A DNA stretch of 64,000 nt from a virus (lineage: Duplodnaviria > Caudoviricetes), in IMG/VR virus record IMGVR_UViG_3300014826_000005, positions 1 to 64,000 of that record; one strand, given 5' to 3'. This document shows, one piece after another, positions 1 through 10,581 of the stretch; within the stretch, counting starts at the first letter, position 1; each line of letters starts with the position of its first letter. The notes under the pieces are model-generated. The model was not told where the DNA came from. It saw only the letters and a program-made list of their open reading frames with translations, and made no database searches. Made by a program: the position numbers and the translations under genes.

Positions 1-81
1 ATATATTATAGATTATTTTTTAACGTAAAGTTATTTTAATAATAAAATAGAAAAAAATAAATACCATTATAGAAAATATAT

Positions 82-843
82 CTATAATGGTATTTGAATA
101 AATTTTATTAATATCGTATTAAAATTATAGGAGATATCTAAATCTTCTTTTTTATCTTCATAGTAATCATCAAATGTTATCGAACTATTAAGAAGATGGT
201 AACATGATTCATAATCAAATGTACGATAATATCCCACAGGTAATTGTCGTTTTTTATATTTATCTATAAAGTCCTTCGTAAACTCAAGTGTATTACTAGA
301 TTCAGAATTCTCCATCATGTAAAAATAACGTTTTATAAATTCCACCATGTACTGTTCGTGTAGCTTTACTTTTTTCTCATTTATACCTTTTACCGTAAGA
401 GAATTATCACAATAATAGAATTCTAATCTTTTTGGTAATGTAATATAAGAAGTGTAAATATGCTTAGGACGAAAATAAATATAATCTCCAAAATGTTGAA
501 TCGAACATTTCTTTGTTGTAATAATAGCATCCTTTTTAATAGCAATAATATCATTGATATCTAAGTGATTAGCTTCAATAAATAATTCTCTTGCATGAAT
601 AAAAGCTTTCTTTTTTCCTTCTTTATAAAGTTTATTAGATAATTCTAATTTTCCTAATTCTACTGTTCGTTTCTCTTTTTTAAGTTTGCTTAATTTATGT
701 ATGATATTATCTGGTAATAAGTGAAATTCTTGGACAAGAGAAAATCCAGCTTCTTTCATATCATACTCAATAATTTCTTTATTAAAAAGAAAAGGAATAT
801 TTTTATTATAAAATAAATCTCTTTCCCATAATCTATGTTCCAT
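82..843 (-). CDS. hypothetical protein (253 aa)
   Basis: Long ORF in a co-oriented minus-strand run; no motif recognised. Confidence 0.7.
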   Translation of the reverse strand: MEHRLWERDLFYNKNIPFLFNKEIIEYDMKEAGFSLVQEFHLLPDNIIHKLSKLKKEKRTVELGKLELSNKLYKEGKKKAFIHARELFIEANHLDINDIIAIKKDAIITTKKCSIQHFGDYIYFRPKHIYTSYITLPKRLEFYYCDNSLTVKGINEKKVKLHEQYMVEFIKRYFYMMENSESSNTLEFTKDFIDKYKKRQLPVGYYRTFDYESCYHLLNSSITFDDYYEDKKEDLDISYNFNTILIKFIQIPL

Positions 844-929
844 ATAAGATTCACCACCTTATTATCATGATGTCATAAAGGTAATAAAAAAATGTAAGTA
901 GACAATAGACCTACTTACATTTTTATTTA

Positions 930-1601
930 TTAATCTTCACAAAAGAGAATGATTGTTTCTATCATCTCTTTTTTATTCATATCTTTACGGTATAAATGAT
1001 GTTCTTTGAGATATCGTTTTAAATCTGATTTATCAGCACGTTTAAGATACTTTTTCTTATAATGACTATCAGCAGTATTCTCATTAAGAATTCTTTCGAT
1101 ATAATTTCTTTTCGCTTCTTTAAGGACTTTATTACATTTCTTCAAAACTTTCTCTTTATTATATTTTATAAGTTCATATTTACCACTTTGGTAGATCTTA
1201 TAATTATAAAGAGGATAGTCAAATACAGCATAAATATAAGCTTGCATATATCTAAAGAAATGATAATTCTTATCTTCTGAAGTGGTACATAAGAAAATAT
1301 AATGGGTATTTTCTTCTATACTATCTTTAATGATTGCTGCAAAATAAGTATTATAAACTTCAAGTTGTTCATAATATCTTGAACGTGCATCTTCTTCTAC
1401 AAGAGCTGATAAAACATCAGGATTAGGAAATAAAGCATTGGCCATTTGAGAAACATTCTCAAACTGTTTCCCATCATTACTTTTACCTGAAGAAAGGATT
1501 CTATGAGAGACGAGGATATAATTCGCTTTCAATATATCCTCGTCATACTCATAGTTAATAAAATCTTTTTCAAACACTTTGCTATTCATGTAAAATAGCA
1601 T
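930..1601 (-). CDS. hypothetical protein (223 aa)
   Basis: ORF in the minus-strand run; no motif recognised. Confidence 0.7.
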   Translation of the reverse strand: MLFYMNSKVFEKDFINYEYDEDILKANYILVSHRILSSGKSNDGKQFENVSQMANALFPNPDVLSALVEEDARSRYYEQLEVYNTYFAAIIKDSIEENTHYIFLCTTSEDKNYHFFRYMQAYIYAVFDYPLYNYKIYQSGKYELIKYNKEKVLKKCNKVLKEAKRNYIERILNENTADSHYKKKYLKRADKSDLKRYLKEHHLYRKDMNKKEMIETIILFCED

Positions 1602-1605
1602 AGTC

Positions 1606-3306
1606 TTATCTCTTTCTTATTGTAGGAATAATAATATCTCCAGAACTATCTTCAGGTGTATCGTTTGCTACATGGACAATATCAGATGATGATTCTTTAG
1701 ATGTATCTACAAATGAACCACCTTCAGGTAATAAGCTGTCATTATCATTATTTTCTTTTTCTACAACTGGTGTAGATGGTACAACCTTTTCTTTTACTTC
1801 TTCCTTGACTTCTTCTTGAACTTTTGGTTTTGAATTAAATAAATTTCTTTCATGTTCTGTGGTAAGTTTATGTTCAACAGGTTCATTTTCTGGTAAATCA
1901 ACATTATCTTCTTTGACAGTAGGTCTCTCTACTCTATTATTAAGATAATTATTCATTGTACTTGCCTGTTTAACTTCTTGTGTTGGTACAGCCATGAGCA
2001 TTTGTTCCCATTCTTTTATATTTTCTTCTAGTTCGTCCATATAACTACCACCATCAATAATATCCACACCATCAATTTCAGGATCAACATAATTTGATGG
2101 AACAAATTCAGCTTCTGATAGAACTTCAAAATCATGTGTGAATGTATCTTTTAATCCAGAATAATCAGGTAATAGATAACATGGTGTGTTCCAATACTTT
2201 GTCAATGCTGTATCTACATCAAATGCATATTGTTGTGATCGAACATATTTTGTCATAACGTAGAGAAGATTAACCGTTTCATCATTTGTTAAACTTTCAA
2301 ATGTATCATAGAATGAATCATCTAATTTATAAGCTGCTACTAATTCATCATTCAATTCATAGAACTTATATCCAGAATAATTACATTCTTTTACTCTTGC
2401 ATAATAACTTTCATTATCATACACTTCTTGAGATGGTAAAACCATAGTTGGTGCCATATGCCATAATAAGAATTCAATACTATCAACAATGAAAGCTTCA
2501 TATTGTTCTTTGTCAATAAATTGATTCTTAGGAAGATTTCTTTCAATATAACCCGGTGTGATATTTATCTGATGAGCTTTTCTCATTCCTCCATAAACAT
2601 CTTGTGTTTGATAAGGAAGAAGTGATTTAGATGTTAGAATATAACCACCACCATCTATTTTTCTTAATGAAACCCCATAATTAACAGGGGAAGTTTCCTG
2701 ATCTTTATCAGCTGACTGATATTCAGGTTCCTTTTCTTCCATTAAAGAATATCCATGATCATTATTTAAGTTATCATAAGTCTCCTTGAAAAGATTAGCA
2801 TCCGTTAATGTTTTAGCATCTTCAAGTTCTTCTTGAGAAAAAGGGATATTAGCATGATAACCATTAGTAGTTACTTTACTATCATCTTTTTCACGCTCAA
2901 CAACTTTTGTTTCATTCTTATCTGCAAATAAAGATTCTGTAACATCATGATATTTCTTTGCTGGTCTTTCTTCTTCTGTGAATTTAAAATCAACATTTTT
3001 CACATCTTTTTCGATAGGAAAAATATAGTCACGATTGAAGCTTGAAAGAGGAACTTCTTTTTCCTTATAACTTTGACGAGGTATAGCTCTATCCCTATCT
3101 CTTTCTTTAATAATAGAACTTACATTAGAGATGATTTTATTATCTACATCACCTACAAAATCATCAATACTTCCTTTAGCAGTTCCTGATTTTAAAGAAG
3201 CGATATAATCAAGCATGGATAATTTATCATCCATGTCCTGATCGCTTTCATTATTTAATATAACAACCTTATTTTTATTTTTCTTGCTCATAATTTTCTC
3301 CTCCAC
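1606..3306 (-). CDS. hypothetical acidic protein (566 aa)
   Basis: Long ORF, GGAG upstream, overlaps the end of the kinase-like gene. Confidence 0.75.
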   Translation of the reverse strand: MEEKIMSKKNKNKVVILNNESDQDMDDKLSMLDYIASLKSGTAKGSIDDFVGDVDNKIISNVSSIIKERDRDRAIPRQSYKEKEVPLSSFNRDYIFPIEKDVKNVDFKFTEEERPAKKYHDVTESLFADKNETKVVEREKDDSKVTTNGYHANIPFSQEELEDAKTLTDANLFKETYDNLNNDHGYSLMEEKEPEYQSADKDQETSPVNYGVSLRKIDGGGYILTSKSLLPYQTQDVYGGMRKAHQINITPGYIERNLPKNQFIDKEQYEAFIVDSIEFLLWHMAPTMVLPSQEVYDNESYYARVKECNYSGYKFYELNDELVAAYKLDDSFYDTFESLTNDETVNLLYVMTKYVRSQQYAFDVDTALTKYWNTPCYLLPDYSGLKDTFTHDFEVLSEAEFVPSNYVDPEIDGVDIIDGGSYMDELEENIKEWEQMLMAVPTQEVKQASTMNNYLNNRVERPTVKEDNVDLPENEPVEHKLTTEHERNLFNSKPKVQEEVKEEVKEKVVPSTPVVEKENNDNDSLLPEGGSFVDTSKESSSDIVHVANDTPEDSSGDIIIPTIRKR

Positions 3307-4159
3307 TTTCTTCTACTAATGAATCATCATCAAAATTCCCATTAAGATAATCTTCAAGTTTATAAAATTTCTTCTTAACTTTCTTTTCTTTCTTTTGTTT
3401 ATCTTTAGGATTATAAGATTTCGATTCATCAACTTCTAATGTTTCAACAGGTTTATGTAACACATAACCGATTTGTTTAATATCACCTATTTCATCAGCT
3501 TGTTGCTTACGAGATATTCGACGTCTAATTTCTCCAAACGTATATTTACGTCCACATATTGGACAGATCAAATTATTATAATTTGAATCATAATGCAATA
3601 TACTTTGTGGATTACATGTACATCTAAAGACATTAAATGACGTTGAATAAATATAGGCAAAATCTAATATACAAATTGTTCCATTTGCTCTCGTTCCCCA
3701 ATTGACATAATTCTTTGTCGTTATACCAACATCACCAAGAAGGAAGTTTTCAGAAATATCTTTCAATATTTCTCGCATATCATTAATATGATTACGATAA
3801 TCTTCTATAGTAAATATATCGACATATTCAGTGACAGCAATTAAGCCATCAGGAGAACATTCTTCAACTTTTACAACATAGGGTTGGAGTTCTCTTGTAT
3901 ATAAGAACTCCCTTTTATTATCTATACATCCATCATCATCTAGAGCAATCTTAACAGCATAGCCATCAATTAAAACAGCCATTCTATTTGTTCCAGATCC
4001 TAAAGATGTATAGGGTACATGAAAATTCAGTAGTTTCTTTTTAATTAAAGAACCCTTCATATTATTATCTGCATCAGGTAATAATGAAATTTTCTTTAAT
4101 TCTATACACAAATCTACTGGAAAATATTCCAGTATCATCGATCTAAATTGTTTTTTCAT
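3275..4159 (-). CDS. protein kinase-like protein with C-terminal Zn-ribbon
   Basis: Gly loop LGSGTNR, beta3 Lys YAVKIA, helix-C Glu (NKREF), catalytic-loop-like GDVG...NWG, DFG-like ILDFAY; then CTC...CPIC and a Lys-rich tail. Real start is probably MKKQ at about 4159 (ATGA overlap with the upstream gene). Confidence 0.65.
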   Translation of the reverse strand: MKKQFRSMILEYFPVDLCIELKKISLLPDADNNMKGSLIKKKLLNFHVPYTSLGSGTNRMAVLIDGYAVKIALDDDGCIDNKREFLYTRELQPYVVKVEECSPDGLIAVTEYVDIFTIEDYRNHINDMREILKDISENFLLGDVGITTKNYVNWGTRANGTICILDFAYIYSTSFNVFRCTCNPQSILHYDSNYNNLICPICGRKYTFGEIRRRISRKQQADEIGDIKQIGYVLHKPVETLEVDESKSYNPKDKQKKEKKVKKKFYKLEDYLNGNFDDDSLVEESGGENYEQEK

Positions 4160-5562
4160 TCATCTTTATCCACAATATTATCCCAAGACCAATCGGTAAC
4201 ATCTTTTTCATATGAACTAAAATCATCATATTCCAATCCTTTACCTAATGATTGAAGGAAATTATCCATGGATTCCTCTCCTTCCTTTTCTAATTTTTCT
4301 CTTTTCTTCTTCGCTTTCTTTCTTGCTTTTTCTTCTCTTTTACGTCTCTTCTTTTTACTCTTTGATGGATCTTCATCATAATCATCATCTGCTATACCAA
4401 GACGTCTCTTACGACGTTTCTCTATATCTGTTAGCTTACGACGTAATTCTTTCTCTTTAGATTTCTCCATCGCTTCAAGTTTCTTAAGCTTTCTCTCTTT
4501 CTCTTTATTACCGAACATATTACGAACATTCCAACCATTTGCTTCCAAATGTGTTTTCAGTTCGAGAAGTTCAGCTTCTTCTTTTGAAATAAGAGTGCCG
4601 TTATAATTTTCTTTGAATTGTGTATCCTCATATTCTTGAAGCTCATCCATATAACGATTATAATCATCATCATTCATAAGATCACCTTTAAATTTAGGAA
4701 TCTTAGCATTTGATGTATAACCACTCTTTTTATCATAACGAGAAATCATATCCATATCGGATTCATTAAAGTCATAGATATAACGAGATTGTGCTTCAAT
4801 ATCTTTAGCACGTCTTTTAAACTTCTTTAAAGTATAGACAACAGACGATTGTTTAAACATCCTCTTCTCGTCTTTCTTTCTAGCTTGAAGGACAATGTTA
4901 TCATTATTTCCAATATGCTCTTCATCAAGATCATATGTTCTAATAACATCATTAACACCACCTTCATTTGTAAGATATTCCCAACGCTCATCTGAGAATA
5001 ATCTTTGTCTAGCTGATTCCAAATCTTCTTCATCATAGACAGTATTAGGTTCGTCTTTAGGAAGAATATTTTTAGGATCTTCATCAGAAAGAATAAAATC
5101 AACCAAATAATCATGATCGATTGTTTTTCTTTCCTTTCCTTTAAAGACTGGTAGAATTAATCCATCAATATATATTTTACCTTTAAAATATAATGCGATG
5201 AATTCATCTGGATCATAAATCCCATTTTTCTCTGCGACAGCATAGAGACATTTTAAACCTTCTCTATAGGCTATAATAAATTCTGGAAGTTTTCTATACT
5301 TATGCTTATATCGAGAAAACTTCTTGAAGACTTCATAGAACTTATTTTCTTTCAATCGTTCTTCTTCTGATTTATGATACATATCACTATTACCAAAATC
5401 ATGAACAATCGAACATTCATAAAGCTTTTTGAATTCTTCAATTCTTTTAGGTTTGAGATGGAGTTCATACTTCTTTTCATCTTCTTCTGTAGCTACATTT
5501 TTCTCATCTTCTGTCGATGGACTCTCATCTCTTTCATCTTCGTCAATTGCAATTGTAATCAT
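4156..5562 (-). CDS. hypothetical charged protein (468 aa)
   Basis: Long ORF, AGGAG RBS, early-type motif upstream at 5590-5601. Confidence 0.75.
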   Translation of the reverse strand: MITIAIDEDERDESPSTEDEKNVATEEDEKKYELHLKPKRIEEFKKLYECSIVHDFGNSDMYHKSEEERLKENKFYEVFKKFSRYKHKYRKLPEFIIAYREGLKCLYAVAEKNGIYDPDEFIALYFKGKIYIDGLILPVFKGKERKTIDHDYLVDFILSDEDPKNILPKDEPNTVYDEEDLESARQRLFSDERWEYLTNEGGVNDVIRTYDLDEEHIGNNDNIVLQARKKDEKRMFKQSSVVYTLKKFKRRAKDIEAQSRYIYDFNESDMDMISRYDKKSGYTSNAKIPKFKGDLMNDDDYNRYMDELQEYEDTQFKENYNGTLISKEEAELLELKTHLEANGWNVRNMFGNKEKERKLKKLEAMEKSKEKELRRKLTDIEKRRKRRLGIADDDYDEDPSKSKKKRRKREEKARKKAKKKREKLEKEGEESMDNFLQSLGKGLEYDDFSSYEKDVTDWSWDNIVDKDE

Positions 5563-5589
5563 ATTTTTTTTTCTCCTTTCTCTCCATTA

Positions 5590-5601
5590 AGATAATATAT
5601 A
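5590..5601 (-). promoter_or_regulatory. putative early phage promoter motif TATATATTATCT
   Basis: Exact copy of a 12-mer found 8 times in intergenic positions of this window. Confidence 0.6.
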
Positions 5602-5603
5602 AA

Positions 5604-6071
5604 TCAGTTTTCCTTAAAGATATCACTTAACGAATTCACAAACGCATTTACAAACTTCACTTGACTATTACGATTTGTAACAGTATCTATTTTTGCATCT
5701 TTGGGAGTAAGATAAGCAATGTGATTATCAATATTATCTGCTAACATATTAGCGTCTTTTAATGTATCAATAACATGCTTAACTTTAGGACTTTCGATAA
5801 CATTACGATTGCCACATAAATATTCATAATTGACAATAACGAGATTATATTTAGCAGCTAGATATGTATTAATCCCATAAAGAGGAAGTTCATTTAAAAC
5901 TTGCTCTTTTGTTTTCCTAAATTTTCTAGCAATTAAGGTAATCATCATATCTTGATGGGAAGGCAATGCTTCATAAACCTCTCCATCTGGTGTGATAATA
6001 ATTTCACAGTAATTATGATATCTTACCGTCCCATTTTTTCCATGGAGTTTGATAAAATCTTTAACATCCAT
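5604..6071 (-). CDS. hypothetical protein (155 aa)
   Basis: ORF with GGAGGG RBS. Confidence 0.7.
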   Translation of the reverse strand: MDVKDFIKLHGKNGTVRYHNYCEIIITPDGEVYEALPSHQDMMITLIARKFRKTKEQVLNELPLYGINTYLAAKYNLVIVNYEYLCGNRNVIESPKVKHVIDTLKDANMLADNIDNHIAYLTPKDAKIDTVTNRNSQVKFVNAFVNSLSDIFKEN

Positions 6072-6236
6072 ATTATATTTACCCTCCTTTATCTTATAAA
6101 TACGTAAAATTAAAAATATATTGTCATTACATTATACTAAGGATAATATAATGAGTATATTTTCGGGCATGTTCTCCTTTATATAGAAATATGAATAGAC
6201 TTAAGCAATACGGGTCTATTCATATTTCCTTTTTTC

Positions 6237-6908
6237 TTATTTGGATGATTTATCAAATAAAATCTTTTCTATTGTTTTTACGCCTTCATCAACTGCCATC
6301 TTTGCTAAAGCATCGGCTTTCTCATTTCCATCAATATGGCTATGACCTTTAACTTTTACAAAATGAATAGTCATTAACCATTGATTTCTTGCATTGTCAA
6401 TATAGTCTTTATAAGTTTTTGTAATGGGTTTATTGGTTTTCCATTCTCCATTAGCCCAACATTCAATGCCTTGATAATCATAGAAAATAGTGATTTCATT
6501 TCTATTCTTATCATGACAATAATCAATCGTATCAATAACAGCACGTAATTCTCCTGTAATATTACGTGTCTCATCTTCTTCTTTCATTTGACACCAACCT
6601 GTAAGATTCGTTGTGAGTTTAACCACATCATCATAATTCTCAATAATCATTGCACCCCATCCACAAATTCTCATAGCACTATTATAACTTCCATCTGTAA
6701 AGGCATAACATTTAAGAGTTGATAAATCCATATCACTATCATTCTTAAATGTTTTTGCTTCATCATTCATATAGTTTTCAGCTTCTTCTTTTGTTTCAAA
6801 ACTTTTATAACGTGCACCTTTAAAATGGCTAATCTGTTTTTTACATTCTTCCCAAGATGTATAAATCCCAGGATTTCTTCCTATTTTTACACCATAAAAT
6901 TTACTCAT
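6237..6908 (-). CDS. rnhA: ribonuclease HI with N-terminal hybrid-binding (viroplasmin-like) domain
   Basis: N-terminal FYGVKIGRNPGIYTSWEECKKQI; catalytic AFTDGS, GELRAV, IFYDY, KVKGHS...GNEKADALAK. Confidence 0.92.
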   Translation of the reverse strand: MSKFYGVKIGRNPGIYTSWEECKKQISHFKGARYKSFETKEEAENYMNDEAKTFKNDSDMDLSTLKCYAFTDGSYNSAMRICGWGAMIIENYDDVVKLTTNLTGWCQMKEEDETRNITGELRAVIDTIDYCHDKNRNEITIFYDYQGIECWANGEWKTNKPITKTYKDYIDNARNQWLMTIHFVKVKGHSHIDGNEKADALAKMAVDEGVKTIEKILFDKSSK

Positions 6909-6979
6909 ATTTTTCTCCTTTAATTTATAACTATAAAAATATATGGAAGAAAATTTTCATACTTCTCCCATATATTTCT

Positions 6980-7654
6980 TTAATGAATCTCTAATTCGTC
7001 ACGTCTTAATGCAACTTTTTCTACATCATCAACACCTTCAATTTGAAGATATTTAAATTCTTTGGTAATTGCTTCAAAATCTTTTTCCGTAAGATTTTTT
7101 GTCATACTTACTTTCTTTTCAAGTTTTGTATACATATCTTCAGGAATAAAATCTGAATACTCTTCAATAAATTGCGCATAGTTACCATAAACCATCGTTA
7201 AAGGAATCATTAACTTTCTTGAATTATGAATAATCTGATGAGCTGTTTTACTTAATGGGACAAGACCAACCTCATCTTCATAATGTAAACGCATAACTTC
7301 ATCAGCAATATCAAAATCATTAATTTCTTTTCCTGATTCTATATCTTTATTTAAGACAACGAGAACGATGTCATAGAGTGTAAATGGTTCATGATGCATT
7401 TCTATACTTACTTTACTTTTCTTACCTCCAAAATTTGTAACCTTTTGGAAGAAGGTACATTTATTCAATCCTACATTTTCTTTTAAGAAATTAATATAGT
7501 CTTTATATTCTAGAGAATGACGAATCATTTTTTCAACACGATTGATAAATTTAAATTTATCTTTATCAGTTGATAAATTAATATAATATGACATAGGAAT
7601 TTGTTTTCCTATATTAATATATTTAATAGCATTTTCAACATCTGATTTTGCCAT
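6980..7654 (-). CDS. conserved phage protein with HNH-like His motifs; paralog of 35592-36224
   Basis: IEMHHEPF...LSKTAHQIIH matches IEMHHGPIF...VSTTVHQEIH in the paralog. Confidence 0.7.
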   Translation of the reverse strand: MAKSDVENAIKYINIGKQIPMSYYINLSTDKDKFKFINRVEKMIRHSLEYKDYINFLKENVGLNKCTFFQKVTNFGGKKSKVSIEMHHEPFTLYDIVLVVLNKDIESGKEINDFDIADEVMRLHYEDEVGLVPLSKTAHQIIHNSRKLMIPLTMVYGNYAQFIEEYSDFIPEDMYTKLEKKVSMTKNLTEKDFEAITKEFKYLQIEGVDDVEKVALRRDELEIH

Positions 7655-7711
7655 AAAAAATAATCACCTCACAATATCAATCATTAATACATTGTGTGAT
7701 GATTATTTTCT

Positions 7712-8272
7712 TTATTTAAAAGTATCTCCATATAACATAATGAAGATGGATAATTCATCAGGTTCAACATCGGGAGCATCATAATCATTACCAAAAGGAT
7801 CAAATCGACTTTCTCCTAAAATAATTTTAGCTGTTCTAAAGAATTCTAATTCTTCTAAAGCTTCTTTAATTTTTGGTTTCAAATTAATCGCTTTTGCCAC
7901 ATCTCGATAATGCATATTCCAATAATTAATATCTAACATTGGTAATGGTGCAAAAGCATCTCCACAATACATGATCTCGTTATCATTAGATAAAACATTG
8001 ACAAAATCTTCATAATATAATCCAGCATTATCAATCTTTTTTGTACGCAGCATTTTATCCTCTAATGCATATGCTTGATTATTATCCAAATAATCTTGCC
8101 ATTCATCTTTATCCATCTTATGAACGTTTTTAATAAATTTATTCATATCACGTTCATCTTCAAATCTCTTCATAATATCTTTATCATTTGTAATAGAGTG
8201 TAATCGATATTCTTTCATTCCCCTTCGCAAATCTTCCTTTGTTGGTTTTAAATAATACGTAAACACTTTCAT
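7712..8272 (-). CDS. hypothetical protein, tandem paralog family member
   Basis: Shares MK(V/I)(Y/F)...L(Y/H)xxT...F..ER pattern with neighbours. Confidence 0.7.
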   Translation of the reverse strand: MKVFTYYLKPTKEDLRRGMKEYRLHSITNDKDIMKRFEDERDMNKFIKNVHKMDKDEWQDYLDNNQAYALEDKMLRTKKIDNAGLYYEDFVNVLSNDNEIMYCGDAFAPLPMLDINYWNMHYRDVAKAINLKPKIKEALEELEFFRTAKIILGESRFDPFGNDYDAPDVEPDELSIFIMLYGDTFK

Positions 8273-8277
8273 CCTCT

Positions 8278-8412
8278 TTACCTTCCTTTTTCTTTCCTAA
8301 TATAAACTATCTGTAAATCAATTGATCTACCTTCTATCTCCATAAATATAAATAACGCCATATGCGTTGATCTAAAATAATGCGGAAACAAAGTTCTCTT
8401 TATTACTTTCAT
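8278..8412 (-). CDS. small hypothetical protein (44 aa)
   Basis: Read by hand: AGGGG RBS, MKVIKRTLFPHY...RKEKGR; fills the gap in the operon. Confidence 0.45.
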   Translation of the reverse strand: MKVIKRTLFPHYFRSTHMALFIFMEIEGRSIDLQIVYIRKEKGR

Positions 8413-8432
8413 TTTTATCCCCTTTTTCACTT

Positions 8433-9068
8433 CTAATATAAGTCACCAAATAGATTAATGTATAATCCAACTTCATCAATGCAAATATTCATTTCATTAT
8501 AGAATTCTTCAGGATCACCATCCACTAGACCATTTTCAAATAGCATCAATTGGTCATTATAGTATAAATAGGTGTACATCCCTATAGTATTTAGTGCAAA
8601 GGCTATTTCTTTAGAAATTATAGTTGGGTCCCTTATAAAGTCAATTAATTCGTTGGGATATTGAAAATAAAAATTGTTAAGTTGTATAAAAACGTCTTCC
8701 ACACCATAGTTCTTGATATAATCTATTTCGATACTTGGTGCTAAAATAGGAATCGTAATAATATCATATTTTCCACCAATGACACCTTTTGTATCTAAGG
8801 TATAATAGTTAATCATTAACTTGAAATTTTTATGTGAAAATTCTTGATATTCTTCTTTACTCATTTTTTTCTTCTTTAAAATGAGTTTATGTTCATTTCT
8901 CTCATCTCTGAATTTTTCTGCATAAGAGGGGTTATCTGTATATCCATATAGTGAAATAAATGTATTTTCTGTATAGGGATATTTTTCTGTTACAGTGAGA
9001 TTGATATGTTTAACGTCTTTATCATGAATAGAATTTTTTGTGATCAAATAAAATAAATAAACTTTCAT
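8433..9068 (-). CDS. hypothetical protein, tandem paralog family member
   Basis: MKVYLFY...LYGYTDN...AEKFRDERN. Confidence 0.7.
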   Translation of the reverse strand: MKVYLFYLITKNSIHDKDVKHINLTVTEKYPYTENTFISLYGYTDNPSYAEKFRDERNEHKLILKKKKMSKEEYQEFSHKNFKLMINYYTLDTKGVIGGKYDIITIPILAPSIEIDYIKNYGVEDVFIQLNNFYFQYPNELIDFIRDPTIISKEIAFALNTIGMYTYLYYNDQLMLFENGLVDGDPEEFYNEMNICIDEVGLYINLFGDLY

Positions 9069-9745
9069 GAATTCTTCCTCCTGTTATCATTTACATTAAC
9101 CCCAGTAAAGAAATAATCAAAAAGGAAAACTAATGAATTGACTTGGTTATTAAATGTAAAATAATCATGATGTCCTAAAGACGTGCACCCATAAGATTCG
9201 TTATAATCTAAATATTCCATTAAATCAACATCATTATCGTTAAACGTTCTATCATAAAATTTTGTATAGCCTAGTATATCTAAAGCATCTATAATATCGC
9301 TATTAAAGATACGATAATTATAATGAATTAATGGAGTAAATATAAAAGCATAAGCTGAATAAGGATCGGATGCAACATCATGTTCGAATTTTGTTGTAAC
9401 AATATCCATTTTTCCCCAAGAGCCATCATTATCTATAAAGAAATATTCTCTTTCTTTTAATTGATGGGCTTTATAATATTTCGTAATAAACCCATATTCA
9501 TCAATACTTTCTTTAACGATAGTATAGATAGAATTTATTCTATCTTTTAAAAATGCTTTTAATAATTTCTTACTGGTTGTCCAAGCATATAAACCAGTAT
9601 AATAGCGATTATTTTTTAATTGATATATCTTATCTATATCGTTAAGATAATAAGTATATTTATGAAGAAGAGGATTCTCATCGCTCATATAATCCTCTTC
9701 AATATAATCTTTTGGTATTTTGACATAAATATTATATATCTTCAT
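9065..9745 (-). CDS. hypothetical protein, tandem paralog family member
   Basis: MKIYNIY...LYAWTTSKK...AFLKDR. Confidence 0.7.
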   Translation of the reverse strand: MKIYNIYVKIPKDYIEEDYMSDENPLLHKYTYYLNDIDKIYQLKNNRYYTGLYAWTTSKKLLKAFLKDRINSIYTIVKESIDEYGFITKYYKAHQLKEREYFFIDNDGSWGKMDIVTTKFEHDVASDPYSAYAFIFTPLIHYNYRIFNSDIIDALDILGYTKFYDRTFNDNDVDLMEYLDYNESYGCTSLGHHDYFTFNNQVNSLVFLFDYFFTGVNVNDNRRKNS

Positions 9746-9757
9746 ACGCTTTCTCCT

Positions 9758-10267
9758 TTATTGTTTTAACGTGTAACCAAAATAGTGTAAAAATACACCT
9801 AACTTATCAATTTCTATATTATAGAGAGGACGATCTATAGAATCACTATCATAGATCGCATTTATCATTTCATAATATAAATCGGTGTATCCTAATGTCT
9901 CTAATGCAGTAAAAAGTTTTGCATCAAGCATACGAGGATCAAACCATCTTGTTGTATCTATTACAGTAGAAATAGAATAGATATCATCATTCACCATTTT
10001 AGATTTTTCATAATAGGTAACAGTTAAATGACCTTTTATATAGGTTAATGTATCTCTATTGTACATCATAAATTCATAGATACTTAATTCATCTTCTCCA
10101 TATTTTTTATAGAAATAATCTTCAGTATTTTCCGATGCTTTAATAAGTCTTTTATGAAAAAGAGACATATTGCGTTCATGTTCAAAACTTTTTGCAATAT
10201 GTTTCTTTTTCGTATAGGCATATAATTTATCATCTATTTTGGAATAGTATGCATAAATTTTTCTCAT
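9758..10267 (-). CDS. hypothetical protein, tandem paralog family member
   Basis: MRKIYAY...LYAYTKKKHIAKSFEHERN. Confidence 0.7.
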   Translation of the reverse strand: MRKIYAYYSKIDDKLYAYTKKKHIAKSFEHERNMSLFHKRLIKASENTEDYFYKKYGEDELSIYEFMMYNRDTLTYIKGHLTVTYYEKSKMVNDDIYSISTVIDTTRWFDPRMLDAKLFTALETLGYTDLYYEMINAIYDSDSIDRPLYNIEIDKLGVFLHYFGYTLKQ

Positions 10268-10464
10268 TTCAAATCATAAGCTCCTATATCAATAGATGTA
10301 TCAAAAATCTTTTCATATTTATTTTTTTCTAATTTTTTAATAATTTTATAAAGTTCTTTTTTCTTATGCTTAATTTCTCCATAAGGTTTGTCAGCAAAAT
10401 TAAGAATTGTGTATAAATCAACTAAATCATACATAACTGCGTTTTTTAACATATTTTTTTTCAT
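10264..10464 (-). CDS. small hypothetical protein (66 aa)
   Basis: First gene after the early motif at 10500-10511; ATGA overlap with the next gene. Confidence 0.6.
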   Translation of the reverse strand: MKKNMLKNAVMYDLVDLYTILNFADKPYGEIKHKKKELYKIIKKLEKNKYEKIFDTSIDIGAYDLK

Positions 10465-10499
10465 AATTTCCTCTTTCTCCTAAAAATAAATTATCAATG

Positions 10500-10511
10500 A
10501 GATAATATATA
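10500..10511 (-). promoter_or_regulatory. putative early phage promoter motif TATATATTATCT
   Basis: Exact motif copy upstream of the paralog operon. Confidence 0.6.
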
Positions 10512-10581
10512 ATTAATAAGAAGGTTTTGGTGAATATCTAGATTTATCAAGACACCTTATATAACAAAGGAGGATTCTTTT

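Noticed and set aside
539-547. Extra ATAGCAATA copy
   Set aside because: Lies antisense within an unrelated gene, lacks the 15-bp arm, and is consistent with chance in AT-rich DNA
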